From Bdellovibrionales bacterium (GTDB lineage Bacteria > Bdellovibrionota > Bdellovibrionia > Bdellovibrionales > UBA1609), in NCBI GenBank assembly GCA_965226095.1, contig OZ245336.1, forward strand, positions 74,919 to 138,918: a stretch of DNA of 64,000 nt. Reading direction: 5' to 3'. Positions 8,380-16,268 of the stretch are shown here, one piece after another; the first letter of the stretch is position 1; each line of letters starts with the position of its first letter. Below the pieces are notes generated by a model that saw nothing but the letters and a program-made list of their open reading frames with translations, had not been told where the DNA came from and did not search any database. Position numbers and translations under genes: made by a program.

Positions 8380-9288
8380 TCATAGGTGGATTCCCGCGTT
8401 CGCGGGAATGACGACTTTACAGGAATGATACAGAGTCTCTAGATCAATATTGTCCCTAATCATAAAAGCACCATCATTAATAAGATGTAAATTCCCCTGA
8501 TAAATGGAATACAAAGAACTGCCGGGCAAAGTGCAAATTACCGCCCCCGAATGAAGAGCATAACGAGCTGTCACCATCGTACCACTCCTCATTTCCGCCT
8601 GCATAATAAAAACCATGTTGGACATAAAAGCCAATACCCGATTCCTTATATGAAAATAAGATTTTCTCATAAAATCATCAGGAGCAAATACACTGAGTAA
8701 AGCCCCTCCACTGTCCAATATCGGAGAAGTCCACTTTCTTAAATCAGATGGATAATAATGTTTAATTCCACAAGGTAAAAAACAAAGCGTAGGATTCCCG
8801 GAACTTAAACAGAGAGCATGTGCTTTCTGATCCACTCCTCTGGCTCCTCCACTCATTACACAAACTTTTTTCCGATTTAAAAATTGGCTCAGATGAATAT
8901 CCATCCATAGTAAAGTATCCTCGCTGGCCTTACGACTGCCTACAACAGAGAGTAGAAAATGATCCTTCCAACAAGCCTGTCCCTTCCAGGAAATAAGCGC
9001 CGGTGCTTGTTCACAATGCAAAAGAGCTTTTGGATAATCATCATGAAAAGGCCAGGTAGTTCTCACCTTCAGTTTTTCACACTCTTTTTTATCCAGTTCT
9101 GCCTTTTTCCACCAACTTTTATTGATATGTAAAAACTGGAGAGTTTCAGGATGGGAAATATGAAACTGCAAGTCCTCTACCGACCGAATATTGTTATCTT
9201 GCTGGCGAATATTTTTAAAATCCTCCAGCTTAACAATTTGTTTTTGCCAGCTTAAAAAAGCCAAGTACTCCAGCCATGAATTCATCAT
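8380..9288 (-). CDS. dprA: DNA processing protein DprA
   Basis: SGGARGVDQKAH motif and Rossmann-like core. The last ~10 codons (VVIPANAGIHL) are encoded by a REP-like palindrome. Confidence 0.85.
   Translation of the reverse strand: MMNSWLEYLAFLSWQKQIVKLEDFKNIRQQDNNIRSVEDLQFHISHPETLQFLHINKSWWKKAELDKKECEKLKVRTTWPFHDDYPKALLHCEQAPALISWKGQACWKDHFLLSVVGSRKASEDTLLWMDIHLSQFLNRKKVCVMSGGARGVDQKAHALCLSSGNPTLCFLPCGIKHYYPSDLRKWTSPILDSGGALLSVFAPDDFMRKSYFHIRNRVLAFMSNMVFIMQAEMRSGTMVTARYALHSGAVICTLPGSSLYSIYQGNLHLINDGAFMIRDNIDLETLYHSCKVVIPANAGIHL
8390..8409. repeat. REP-like palindrome ATTCCCGCG-TT-CGCGGGAAT
   Basis: Perfect 9-bp inverted repeat of the same family as 5659-5678 and 41560-41579. It overlaps the dprA 3' end. 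Confidence 0.8.
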
Positions 9289-9330
9289 ACTGGTGCTGTA
9301 TGCAAAAACTGTGCCACAATTTTTTGACTG

Positions 9331-10059
9331 TTAGGCACGCTGACATTTATAGATAAAACTGGCTCCAAAACAGAGACTTTTATACTCACACTGTTTAAAA
9401 CAACCCGTGTTTTTTATAATTTTAATCAATTCTTTTCGAGACGGAAAATTTTTTGAAGATTTTTGCAAATACTTATAGGCGGATTTTTCCCCTGTTATCA
9501 AACCTCCGATGCAAGGCATAATCCAACGAAAATATACATAAAAGATCGGATACAGCAGAAAAAAAGGATGATTTCCGGTTTCTAAAACCATCACACTACC
9601 GCCTGGTTTAGTCACTCTGGCCATTTCCAACAGCGTTTGATTTAAAGATTCCGTATTTCTTAAACCATAAGCAATAGTACACACATCAAAACTGTGATCC
9701 GCAAAAGGCAATTCATTGATATCCGCTTTTAAAAACTTTATGCGAGTGGAATCATGCTTTGGAACTTGTTTGAGCATCTCCTCACAAAAATCCACACCGG
9801 TAATGTGCGCTTCCGATCCTAAATGAGCGGCGAACTCCAAAGCCAAAGCTCCTGTGCCTGTTGCACAATCCAACACTTTTCCATTTCGAGGCGCTTCGCT
9901 CCAAGTCACTAGTTTTTTTCTCCATAAGGAATCCATCCCTAAAGTGATAAAGCGATTCGCTTTGTCATAATTCAAAGCTATGGAACTAAATATTTGTTTT
10001 ATATTCTCGGATTTCGGACCGGACAAAGAAGTTTGTTGTGAGGGCTTTGCTTTCTTCAT
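9331..10059 (-). CDS. ubiE: Demethylmenaquinone/ubiquinone methyltransferase UbiE/MenG
   Basis: IFSSIALNYDKANRFITLGMDSLWRKK N-terminus and SAM motif VLDCATGTGALALE. Confidence 0.9.
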   Translation of the reverse strand: MKKAKPSQQTSLSGPKSENIKQIFSSIALNYDKANRFITLGMDSLWRKKLVTWSEAPRNGKVLDCATGTGALALEFAAHLGSEAHITGVDFCEEMLKQVPKHDSTRIKFLKADINELPFADHSFDVCTIAYGLRNTESLNQTLLEMARVTKPGGSVMVLETGNHPFFLLYPIFYVYFRWIMPCIGGLITGEKSAYKYLQKSSKNFPSRKELIKIIKNTGCFKQCEYKSLCFGASFIYKCQRA

Positions 10060-10864
10060 TTTCTTCCAATGGTGGTTTTTCTAATAAGTTTCGATCAAAT
10101 ATTTTTAGCAGTTGTCTGACTTTTTTCATTAAAACACGAAAAGCTTCAAAGTTTAAGGCTTGCTGACCATCAGAAAGAGCCTTTTGTGGATCCGAATGAA
10201 TTTCAACTAAAAGACCATCCAAACCACAAGACACACCAGCCAAAGCCATTGGGATCACCAGGTCTGCACGGCCCACTCCATGAGAAGGATCCAAAATCAC
10301 TGGCCAACCACTTTCTTTTTGAGCCACTAAAGCACCTGACAAATCCACAGTATTTCTGGTGCTGGTCTCAAAAGTGCGAATACCCCTTTCACATAAAATG
10401 ATATGTTCATTTCCCCCCTGAACAAGATACTCCGCCGCCAATAACCACTCTTTAACAGTAGCTGAAAAAGCTCTTTTTAATACCACCGGTTTTTTTACTT
10501 TTCCCAATTCCTTTAAAAGTTCGTAATTGTACATGTTGCGAGTACCCACTTGAAAAAAATCTACAGTATTAAGCAAAGTCGACATCTGCCGTGGATCCGT
10601 AATCTCGGAAACCACTTTTAAACCATATTTTTTTTTCATGGATATAATCAAATCAATAGCCGCTTCCCCCAAACCCTGAAAACTGTCCGGATGAGTGCGC
10701 AGTTTATAAATTCCCCCTCTCATAAAAGGAAGCTTTTCTGCCTGAAGAATTTGAGCTGTGGATTCCATCTGTTGAGCACTCTCTATAGCACATGGCCCGG
10801 CAATGAGCATGAAATCCCGCTTAGGGAACTCAGATTTCTTTACAGAGCCATTATTTTGATTCAT
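9986..10864 (-). CDS. 3-deoxy-7-phosphoheptulonate (DAHP) synthase, type I-beta/KDO8PS-like
   Basis: AGPCAIES, KPVVLKR and ILDPSHG motifs. The ORF tail overlaps ubiE by 74 nt. Confidence 0.85.
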   Translation of the reverse strand: MNQNNGSVKKSEFPKRDFMLIAGPCAIESAQQMESTAQILQAEKLPFMRGGIYKLRTHPDSFQGLGEAAIDLIISMKKKYGLKVVSEITDPRQMSTLLNTVDFFQVGTRNMYNYELLKELGKVKKPVVLKRAFSATVKEWLLAAEYLVQGGNEHIILCERGIRTFETSTRNTVDLSGALVAQKESGWPVILDPSHGVGRADLVIPMALAGVSCGLDGLLVEIHSDPQKALSDGQQALNFEAFRVLMKKVRQLLKIFDRNLLEKPPLEENEESKALTTNFFVRSEIREYKTNI

Positions 10865-10918
10865 TATTTTAAAGCTCTTTCGTTAAAAAACTGTTATAAA
10901 AAATAAAAAAAGAATACT

Positions 10919-11977
10919 ATGAAAAAAACAACAGCTATAGATAAAAGTCAATGGACCAAAGAAGGTTTTGTGTTTCAATTGGCAAAAGATAAGTATTTAT
11001 TAGGTTCTGGTCCTTTTCACCGAGTTGCATCCCCTGCACCTCATACCTGGTCACTCTTTCATCCTTCTTTTTTTGCTTCAGAAAAACTAGTTTGGTTTCA
11101 TCCGGCTGAGACACAAATATATTCCAGAAAAGAATTGAAAACTTTTTTAAAAAACTGTTTGCCCACACAGAATACATTCCTTCAGCCGGCTGAATGGAAA
11201 TGGACAAACCCTCGTTTGCAGGATTTTAAAAACTTTTTTTTCGAAGCACAGAAAAAGATTCAACAAAGCAAACTCCAAAAGGTCGTGCCAGTTCTATTTG
11301 AAACCAGCTCCTATAAGTTACAACCAATGGATATTGTAATTCTACTAAATCGCCTTATCTCTTTCCAGAAAGGTTGGGCTTACGCCTTATGGAGAAAAAA
11401 ACACGCTATTATTGGAAACAGCCCTGAACACCTTTTTCAAAAACAAGGTTTCAAAGTACAAACCATGGCTTTGGCCGGCACAGCTAAAAATAAAAATCAT
11501 AATTTAATGAAAGATGAAAAAGAAAAATGGGAGCATCTCCTGGTGGTAGAAGATATTAAATCAGTCCTGGAAAAATATGGTCGTCTGAAAATAGATAAAA
11601 CTAAAATCTATTCCATTGGAAAGATCCAACATTTGCGAACAAACATACAACTGAATTTAAAAAAACATCTGTCTTTTGAAAAACTCTGTCGACTTTTACA
11701 TCCCACAGCGGCTGTCGGTGGTGTCCCTAGAAAAACTGCTTTAAGTATGCTGAAAAATTTTCATAAAAAAAACACCCCTCGTTATTTCTATGCAGCTCCC
11801 TTCGGAGTATGCAAAGGAGATAAAGGTTTATGTCTAGTGAGTCTGCGAAATATGCAGTTTATCAAAGATAAAGTATTTTTAGGCTCCGGGGGTGGTTTGG
11901 TCAAAGGAAGCAAATGGAAACAAGAATGGAATGAATTAAAATTGAAAAGACAATTTATAAAAAATATTTTATGGTAA
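10919..11977 (+). CDS. menF: Isochorismate synthase (menaquinone-specific)
   Basis: Chorismate-binding motifs GNSPEHLF, ALAGT, EHLLVVEDI and LHPTAAVGGVP. Adjacent to and overlapping menD. Confidence 0.85.
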   Translation: MKKTTAIDKSQWTKEGFVFQLAKDKYLLGSGPFHRVASPAPHTWSLFHPSFFASEKLVWFHPAETQIYSRKELKTFLKNCLPTQNTFLQPAEWKWTNPRLQDFKNFFFEAQKKIQQSKLQKVVPVLFETSSYKLQPMDIVILLNRLISFQKGWAYALWRKKHAIIGNSPEHLFQKQGFKVQTMALAGTAKNKNHNLMKDEKEKWEHLLVVEDIKSVLEKYGRLKIDKTKIYSIGKIQHLRTNIQLNLKKHLSFEKLCRLLHPTAAVGGVPRKTALSMLKNFHKKNTPRYFYAAPFGVCKGDKGLCLVSLRNMQFIKDKVFLGSGGGLVKGSKWKQEWNELKLKRQFIKNILW

Positions 11978-13575
11978 TTAAAATTATGAATATTGAAATG
12001 GCTGAAAAGATTATATCCACATTAGTGGAGCAACATCAGGTGCAAACTTTTTGTGTTTGCCCGGGAGGACGAAATGCTCCTTTTGTATCTGTACTTTCTT
12101 ATGCAAAAGGACTGCAAGTGTTTTCCTTCTTTGAAGAACGATCTGCCGGTTTTTTTGCCCTCGGTCAGTATAAACAAAATAAAAAACCTTGTGCCGTACT
12201 CACCACCTCCGGCACGGCCGTCGCTGAAGTTTTACCTGCCGTTATAGAAGCTTACTACTCTCACCTGCCTTTAATAGTTATAAGTGCTGATCGCCCTTCA
12301 AGCTATAGAGGAAGTGGAGCCCCTCAAGCCATACAACAACCAGGAATATTTTCTCATTATGTAAAACATAGCTGGGATTTGGAAAAAACACTGAATTTTG
12401 ATTTTTCTGATTGGGATCAAATGACTCCATCCCATATCAATGTCTGCTTTGATGAACCATTGATAGATAAGGAAATAAAAAAATCATTGGATTTTTCTAA
12501 TCACAATTTTAGTTCCTCTAAAAACACACCTTCTTGTGTTACCAACACAACTTCACTATCTGATCAAGAACAAATAATAAAAAACTTTTTCTTAGAAACG
12601 AAAAAACCAGTGGTTATCTTATCTGAATTACAAGAATCCTTTAAAGAGCCTATACAAAAAATACTTTTAGAAAAAAAATGGCCATTTTATGCAGAAGCCT
12701 CTTCCGGATTAAGAGAATCAAAAATACTTTCTCAATTAATCATAAAATCAGGAGATAATTATTTACAGGAACTGGCAAATACCAAGAAAATAGATGGTGT
12801 GATTTCTATAGGACGAAGACCTTGTACTCGTTTTTTTAGAGACCTTGAAAACACTTATTCTCATTTACCGGTTTTATCAATTAGCGACCAACAGTATTCT
12901 GGGTTAAGTCGTATTTCTTCAGCGGTGGGTTTTGAAGTTTTTTTGAAAAATTTTTCCAAAACTAAAATAAATAATGAACTAACAATTATAGAAAAAGATA
13001 GAAAATATTTTTCACACTTAAATAAACTCATACTCCAATACCCTCTCAGTGAAGTGAGTTTGATTCATGAATTATCCAAAATCATTTCTAAAAACTCCAT
13101 GGTGTTTTTAGGAAATAGTCTGCCTATCAGAGAATGGAATCTATCAGCTGACTATCAGGATAAAAAAATTAAATACCAGGCCAACAGAGGCGCCAATGGT
13201 ATTGATGGACTGATCTCCACTTTTTTAGGTGCTTGTGAAAAAAATCGGGAGAATTGGTGTCTGTTGGGGGATTTAAGTTGTCTGTATGACTTACAGGGGC
13301 CATGGATTTTAAAACAAATGAATTCTAATATCCGGTGTTTTTTTGTTGTTATAAATAATCAGGGGGGACAAATTTTTTCGCCTTTATTTAAAGAAAATAT
13401 CTTTTTAAATGAACATCAACTTAATTTTAAATCATGGGCTGAATTTTGGAACTTGAATTATTACTGTATTAGTGAATGGACGAGAAAAATCACATTGTCA
13501 TCACCAGCAGTTATTGAATTAAAACCGGATCCCGTGCAATCAAAACAATTCAATCAGGCTTATCAAGCTCTCTGA
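11971..13575 (+). CDS. menD: SEPHCHC synthase MenD
   Basis: ThDP enzyme motifs CPGGRNAPF, ERSAGFFALG, TSGTAVAE and GDLSCLYD. The start could be the ATG at 11986. Confidence 0.9.
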   Translation: MVIKIMNIEMAEKIISTLVEQHQVQTFCVCPGGRNAPFVSVLSYAKGLQVFSFFEERSAGFFALGQYKQNKKPCAVLTTSGTAVAEVLPAVIEAYYSHLPLIVISADRPSSYRGSGAPQAIQQPGIFSHYVKHSWDLEKTLNFDFSDWDQMTPSHINVCFDEPLIDKEIKKSLDFSNHNFSSSKNTPSCVTNTTSLSDQEQIIKNFFLETKKPVVILSELQESFKEPIQKILLEKKWPFYAEASSGLRESKILSQLIIKSGDNYLQELANTKKIDGVISIGRRPCTRFFRDLENTYSHLPVLSISDQQYSGLSRISSAVGFEVFLKNFSKTKINNELTIIEKDRKYFSHLNKLILQYPLSEVSLIHELSKIISKNSMVFLGNSLPIREWNLSADYQDKKIKYQANRGANGIDGLISTFLGACEKNRENWCLLGDLSCLYDLQGPWILKQMNSNIRCFFVVINNQGGQIFSPLFKENIFLNEHQLNFKSWAEFWNLNYYCISEWTRKITLSSPAVIELKPDPVQSKQFNQAYQAL

Positions 13576-13628
13576 TCAAAAATGGAAACTTTGGTATTTA
13601 GTTGGGTGTAATATGTTTTAAAAAACCC

Positions 13629-13641
13629 TGTAATTTTTACA
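13629..13641. promoter_or_regulatory. 13-bp perfect palindrome TGTAA-TTT-TTACA, 87 bp upstream of the repeat-protein start
   Basis: The same 15-mer CTGTAATTTTTACAC recurs at 16169-16183, 86 bp upstream of the helicase gene start. Confidence 0.5.
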
Positions 13642-13728
13642 CAGTACGGATGTTTATCTATTTAAATACAAGCTGATTTGATAGAGTGCAGGCACTTTAA
13701 AAATCATTTCTTAAAATAGGGTTTAAGT

Positions 13729-15162
13729 ATGAAGCACTTATTGATATTTTTTGTTGTTATCTTTTTTTCTTCTTCAGCTTTTTCAGATGCTTGTGAAAAT
13801 TCTTTTTCAGCTGTTACAGACCCACAAGTTTTAAAAACAAAGTTGATCGATACAAATGGAGAGCTTCATCAGAAATACATAGGACAGGAAGGTTGTATTC
13901 AATTTGCTGATACCTATTTCGGAAGCAACATGCGTAAGGTTTTCGATACAATGTCCTCCGCACTTTCTAAAGACATGTTTAAAAGGCTTAGGTGGCAACA
14001 GTTTAAAGGTATGACAAAAGAATTTAAAGAGTTAAAAACTCAGATCTTAGATGAACATGGGGAATTGAGAAAAGAATACATAGGACAGGAAGAAGGTTAT
14101 CCCAGATTTGCGGACACTTACTATGGCGGCGAAAAAAAAGAAAATGGAGATATGCAAAAAGCCTTTCTCAATGTGTCCTCTGTGCTCTCCAAAGACATGT
14201 TTAAAAGGCTTAGGTGGCAGGCATTTTATGGTACTACAAAAGAGTTTAAAGACTTAAAAGATCTGATCTTAGATGAAATAGGAGAACTAAAAAAAGAATA
14301 CATAGGACAAGAGGAAGAAGGTTATCCCAGATTTGCGAACACTTACTATGGTGGTGAAAAAAAAGAAAATGGAGAGATGCAAAAAGCCTTTATCAATGTG
14401 TCCTCTGTACTATCCACAGACATGTTTAAAAGGCTGGGGTGGCAACAGTTTCATGGTACTACAAAAGAGTTTAAAGAGTTAAAAACTCAGATCTTAGATG
14501 AACATGGGGAATTGAGAAAAGAATACATCGGACAGGAAGAAGGCTATCCCAGATTTGCGGACACTTACTATGGCGGCGAAAAAAAAGAAAATGGAGATAT
14601 GCAAAAAGCCTTTCAAAATGTGTCCTCTGTGCTCTCCAAAGACATGTTTAAAAGGCTGGGGTGGCAACAGTTTCATGGTACGACAAAAGAGTTTAAAGAG
14701 TTAAAAACTCAGATCTTAGATGAACATGGGGAATTGAGAAAAGAATACATAGGACAAGAAGAAGGCTATCCCAGATTTGCGAACACTTACTATGGGGGTG
14801 AAAAAAAAGAAAATGGAGAGATGGATAAAGCCTTTCTCAATGTATCCTCCATGCTTTCCAAAGACATGTTTAAAAGGCTGGGGTGGCAACAGTTTAAAGG
14901 TACTACAAAAGAGTTTAAAGAGTTAAAAACTCAAATCTTAGATGAACATGGGGAATTGAGAAAAGAATACATAGGACAGGAAAAAGGCTATCCCAAATTT
15001 ACGGACACTTACTATGGCGGTGAAAAAAAAGAAAATGGAGAGATGCAAAAAGCCTTTATCAATGTGTCCTCTGTACTATCCACAGACATGTTTAAAAGGC
15101 TTAGGTGGCAGGCATTTCAAGGTACTACAAAGGAATTTAAAGAGTTAAAAACTCAATCTTAG
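13729..15162 (+). CDS. Secreted tandem-repeat protein, upstream part of a frameshifted gene (~72-aa repeats)
   Basis: Signal-like MKHLLIFFVVIFFSSSAFS, then repeats of KEFKELKTQILDEHGELRKEYIGQEEGYPRFADTYYGGEKKENGDMQKAFxNVSSVLSKDMFKRLGWQQF. Confidence 0.8.
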   Translation: MKHLLIFFVVIFFSSSAFSDACENSFSAVTDPQVLKTKLIDTNGELHQKYIGQEGCIQFADTYFGSNMRKVFDTMSSALSKDMFKRLRWQQFKGMTKEFKELKTQILDEHGELRKEYIGQEEGYPRFADTYYGGEKKENGDMQKAFLNVSSVLSKDMFKRLRWQAFYGTTKEFKDLKDLILDEIGELKKEYIGQEEEGYPRFANTYYGGEKKENGEMQKAFINVSSVLSTDMFKRLGWQQFHGTTKEFKELKTQILDEHGELRKEYIGQEEGYPRFADTYYGGEKKENGDMQKAFQNVSSVLSKDMFKRLGWQQFHGTTKEFKELKTQILDEHGELRKEYIGQEEGYPRFANTYYGGEKKENGEMDKAFLNVSSMLSKDMFKRLGWQQFKGTTKEFKELKTQILDEHGELRKEYIGQEKGYPKFTDTYYGGEKKENGEMQKAFINVSSVLSTDMFKRLRWQAFQGTTKEFKELKTQS

Positions 15163-15176
15163 ATGAACATGGGGAA

Positions 15177-15986
15177 TTGAGAAAAGAATACATAGGACAA
15201 GAAGAAGGCTATCCCAGATTTGCGAACACTTACTATGGGGGTGAAAAAAAAGAAAATGGAGAGATGGCTAAAGCCTTTAAAAATGTGTCCTCTGTACTAT
15301 CCACAGACATGTTTAAAAGGCTTAGGTGGCAACAGTTTAAAGGTATGACAAAAGAGTTTAAAGAGTTAGCTCAAATCTTAGATGAACATGGGGAATTGAG
15401 AAAAGAATACATAGGACAGGAAGAAGGTTATCCCAAATTTACGAACACTTACTATGGCGGTGAAAAAAAAGAAAATGGAGATATGGCTAAAGCCTTTAAA
15501 AATGTGTCCTCTGTGCTTTCTAAAGACATGTTTAAAAGGCTTGGGTGGCAACAGTTTCAAGGCACTACAAAAGAGTTTAAAGAGTTAAAAGCTCAGATTT
15601 TGGATGAACATGGGGAATTGAGAAAAGAATACATAGGACAGGAAGAAGGCTATCCCAGATTTGCAAACACTTATTATGGTAGAGATATGCAAAAAGCCTT
15701 TAAAAATGTGTCCTCTGTGCTCTCCAAAGACATGTTTCAACAATTAGGCTGGAAATATTTTCAAGGAAGCACTAATCAGTTTCATGCACTGATCATGTAC
15801 TTTAAAGCTCATTCATTTGAAGATTATAGAGGTGTAGAAGAACAAAGACAAATCGCTGAGCTTATCTTTGAAAATAATCTTCGAAGAGCTTATATGAATG
15901 TATCCACTTTAAGGGAGTATTTGTTTATCAATAAAGATGTGTTTAAGGATTTGAGGGAATCCGGCTGGTCCAGAACCTTAAGATAG
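15177..15986 (+). CDS. Downstream part of the same tandem-repeat gene (frame -1 relative to 13729)
   Basis: The same repeat continues. At ~15154 ACTCAATCTTAGATG replaces ACTCAAATCTTAGATG of the neighbouring copy (1-nt deletion). The TTG start in the track is probably not real. Confidence 0.7.
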   Translation: MRKEYIGQEEGYPRFANTYYGGEKKENGEMAKAFKNVSSVLSTDMFKRLRWQQFKGMTKEFKELAQILDEHGELRKEYIGQEEGYPKFTNTYYGGEKKENGDMAKAFKNVSSVLSKDMFKRLGWQQFQGTTKEFKELKAQILDEHGELRKEYIGQEEGYPRFANTYYGRDMQKAFKNVSSVLSKDMFQQLGWKYFQGSTNQFHALIMYFKAHSFEDYRGVEEQRQIAELIFENNLRRAYMNVSTLREYLFINKDVFKDLRESGWSRTLR

Positions 15987-16037
15987 TTTAACAAACTACA
16001 TACTGATCATAGATTATAAAGAAACCATATTTTTTTG

Positions 16038-16121
16038 ATTAAATGGCAACAGCATTATTGGTAGTTGTTGAATAAGTGGTTTTATCTTTTTGTAAAGGCA
16101 AACTAAAACAAGCTCCTCCTA
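16038..16121. repeat. 84-bp direct repeat, copy 1 (downstream of the repeat-protein gene)
   Basis: ATTAAATGGCAACAGCATTATTGGTAGTTGTTGAATAAGTGGTTTTATCTTTTTGTAAAGGCAAACTAAAACAAGCTCCTCCTA, 83/84 identical to 19722-19805. Confidence 0.9.
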
Positions 16122-16169
16122 GGGGGGATATTGGATATTTCATTGAATTTAATAAACTTTAAACAAAGC

Positions 16170-16182
16170 TGTAATTTTTACA
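16170..16182. promoter_or_regulatory. Second copy of the TGTAA-TTT-TTACA palindrome
   Basis: Identical 15-mer context to 13628-13642, with the same spacing to the downstream start codon. Confidence 0.5.
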
Positions 16183-16268
16183 CGATCCCTATAAAAACCT
16201 TTATTTTATGACTGTTCTCCCTATAATCACCCTTACAAGTTGGGGTGTGTATAAAGGTGAGTTGAGTC

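Noticed and set aside
9986-10059. 74-nt overlap between the DAHP synthase tail and the ubiE start, as a possible hidden frameshift or fusion
   Set aside because: Both proteins have complete conserved cores and plausible termini. The overlap can be explained by a non-conserved C-terminal extension or a slightly later ubiE start. I see no direct evidence of a lesion.
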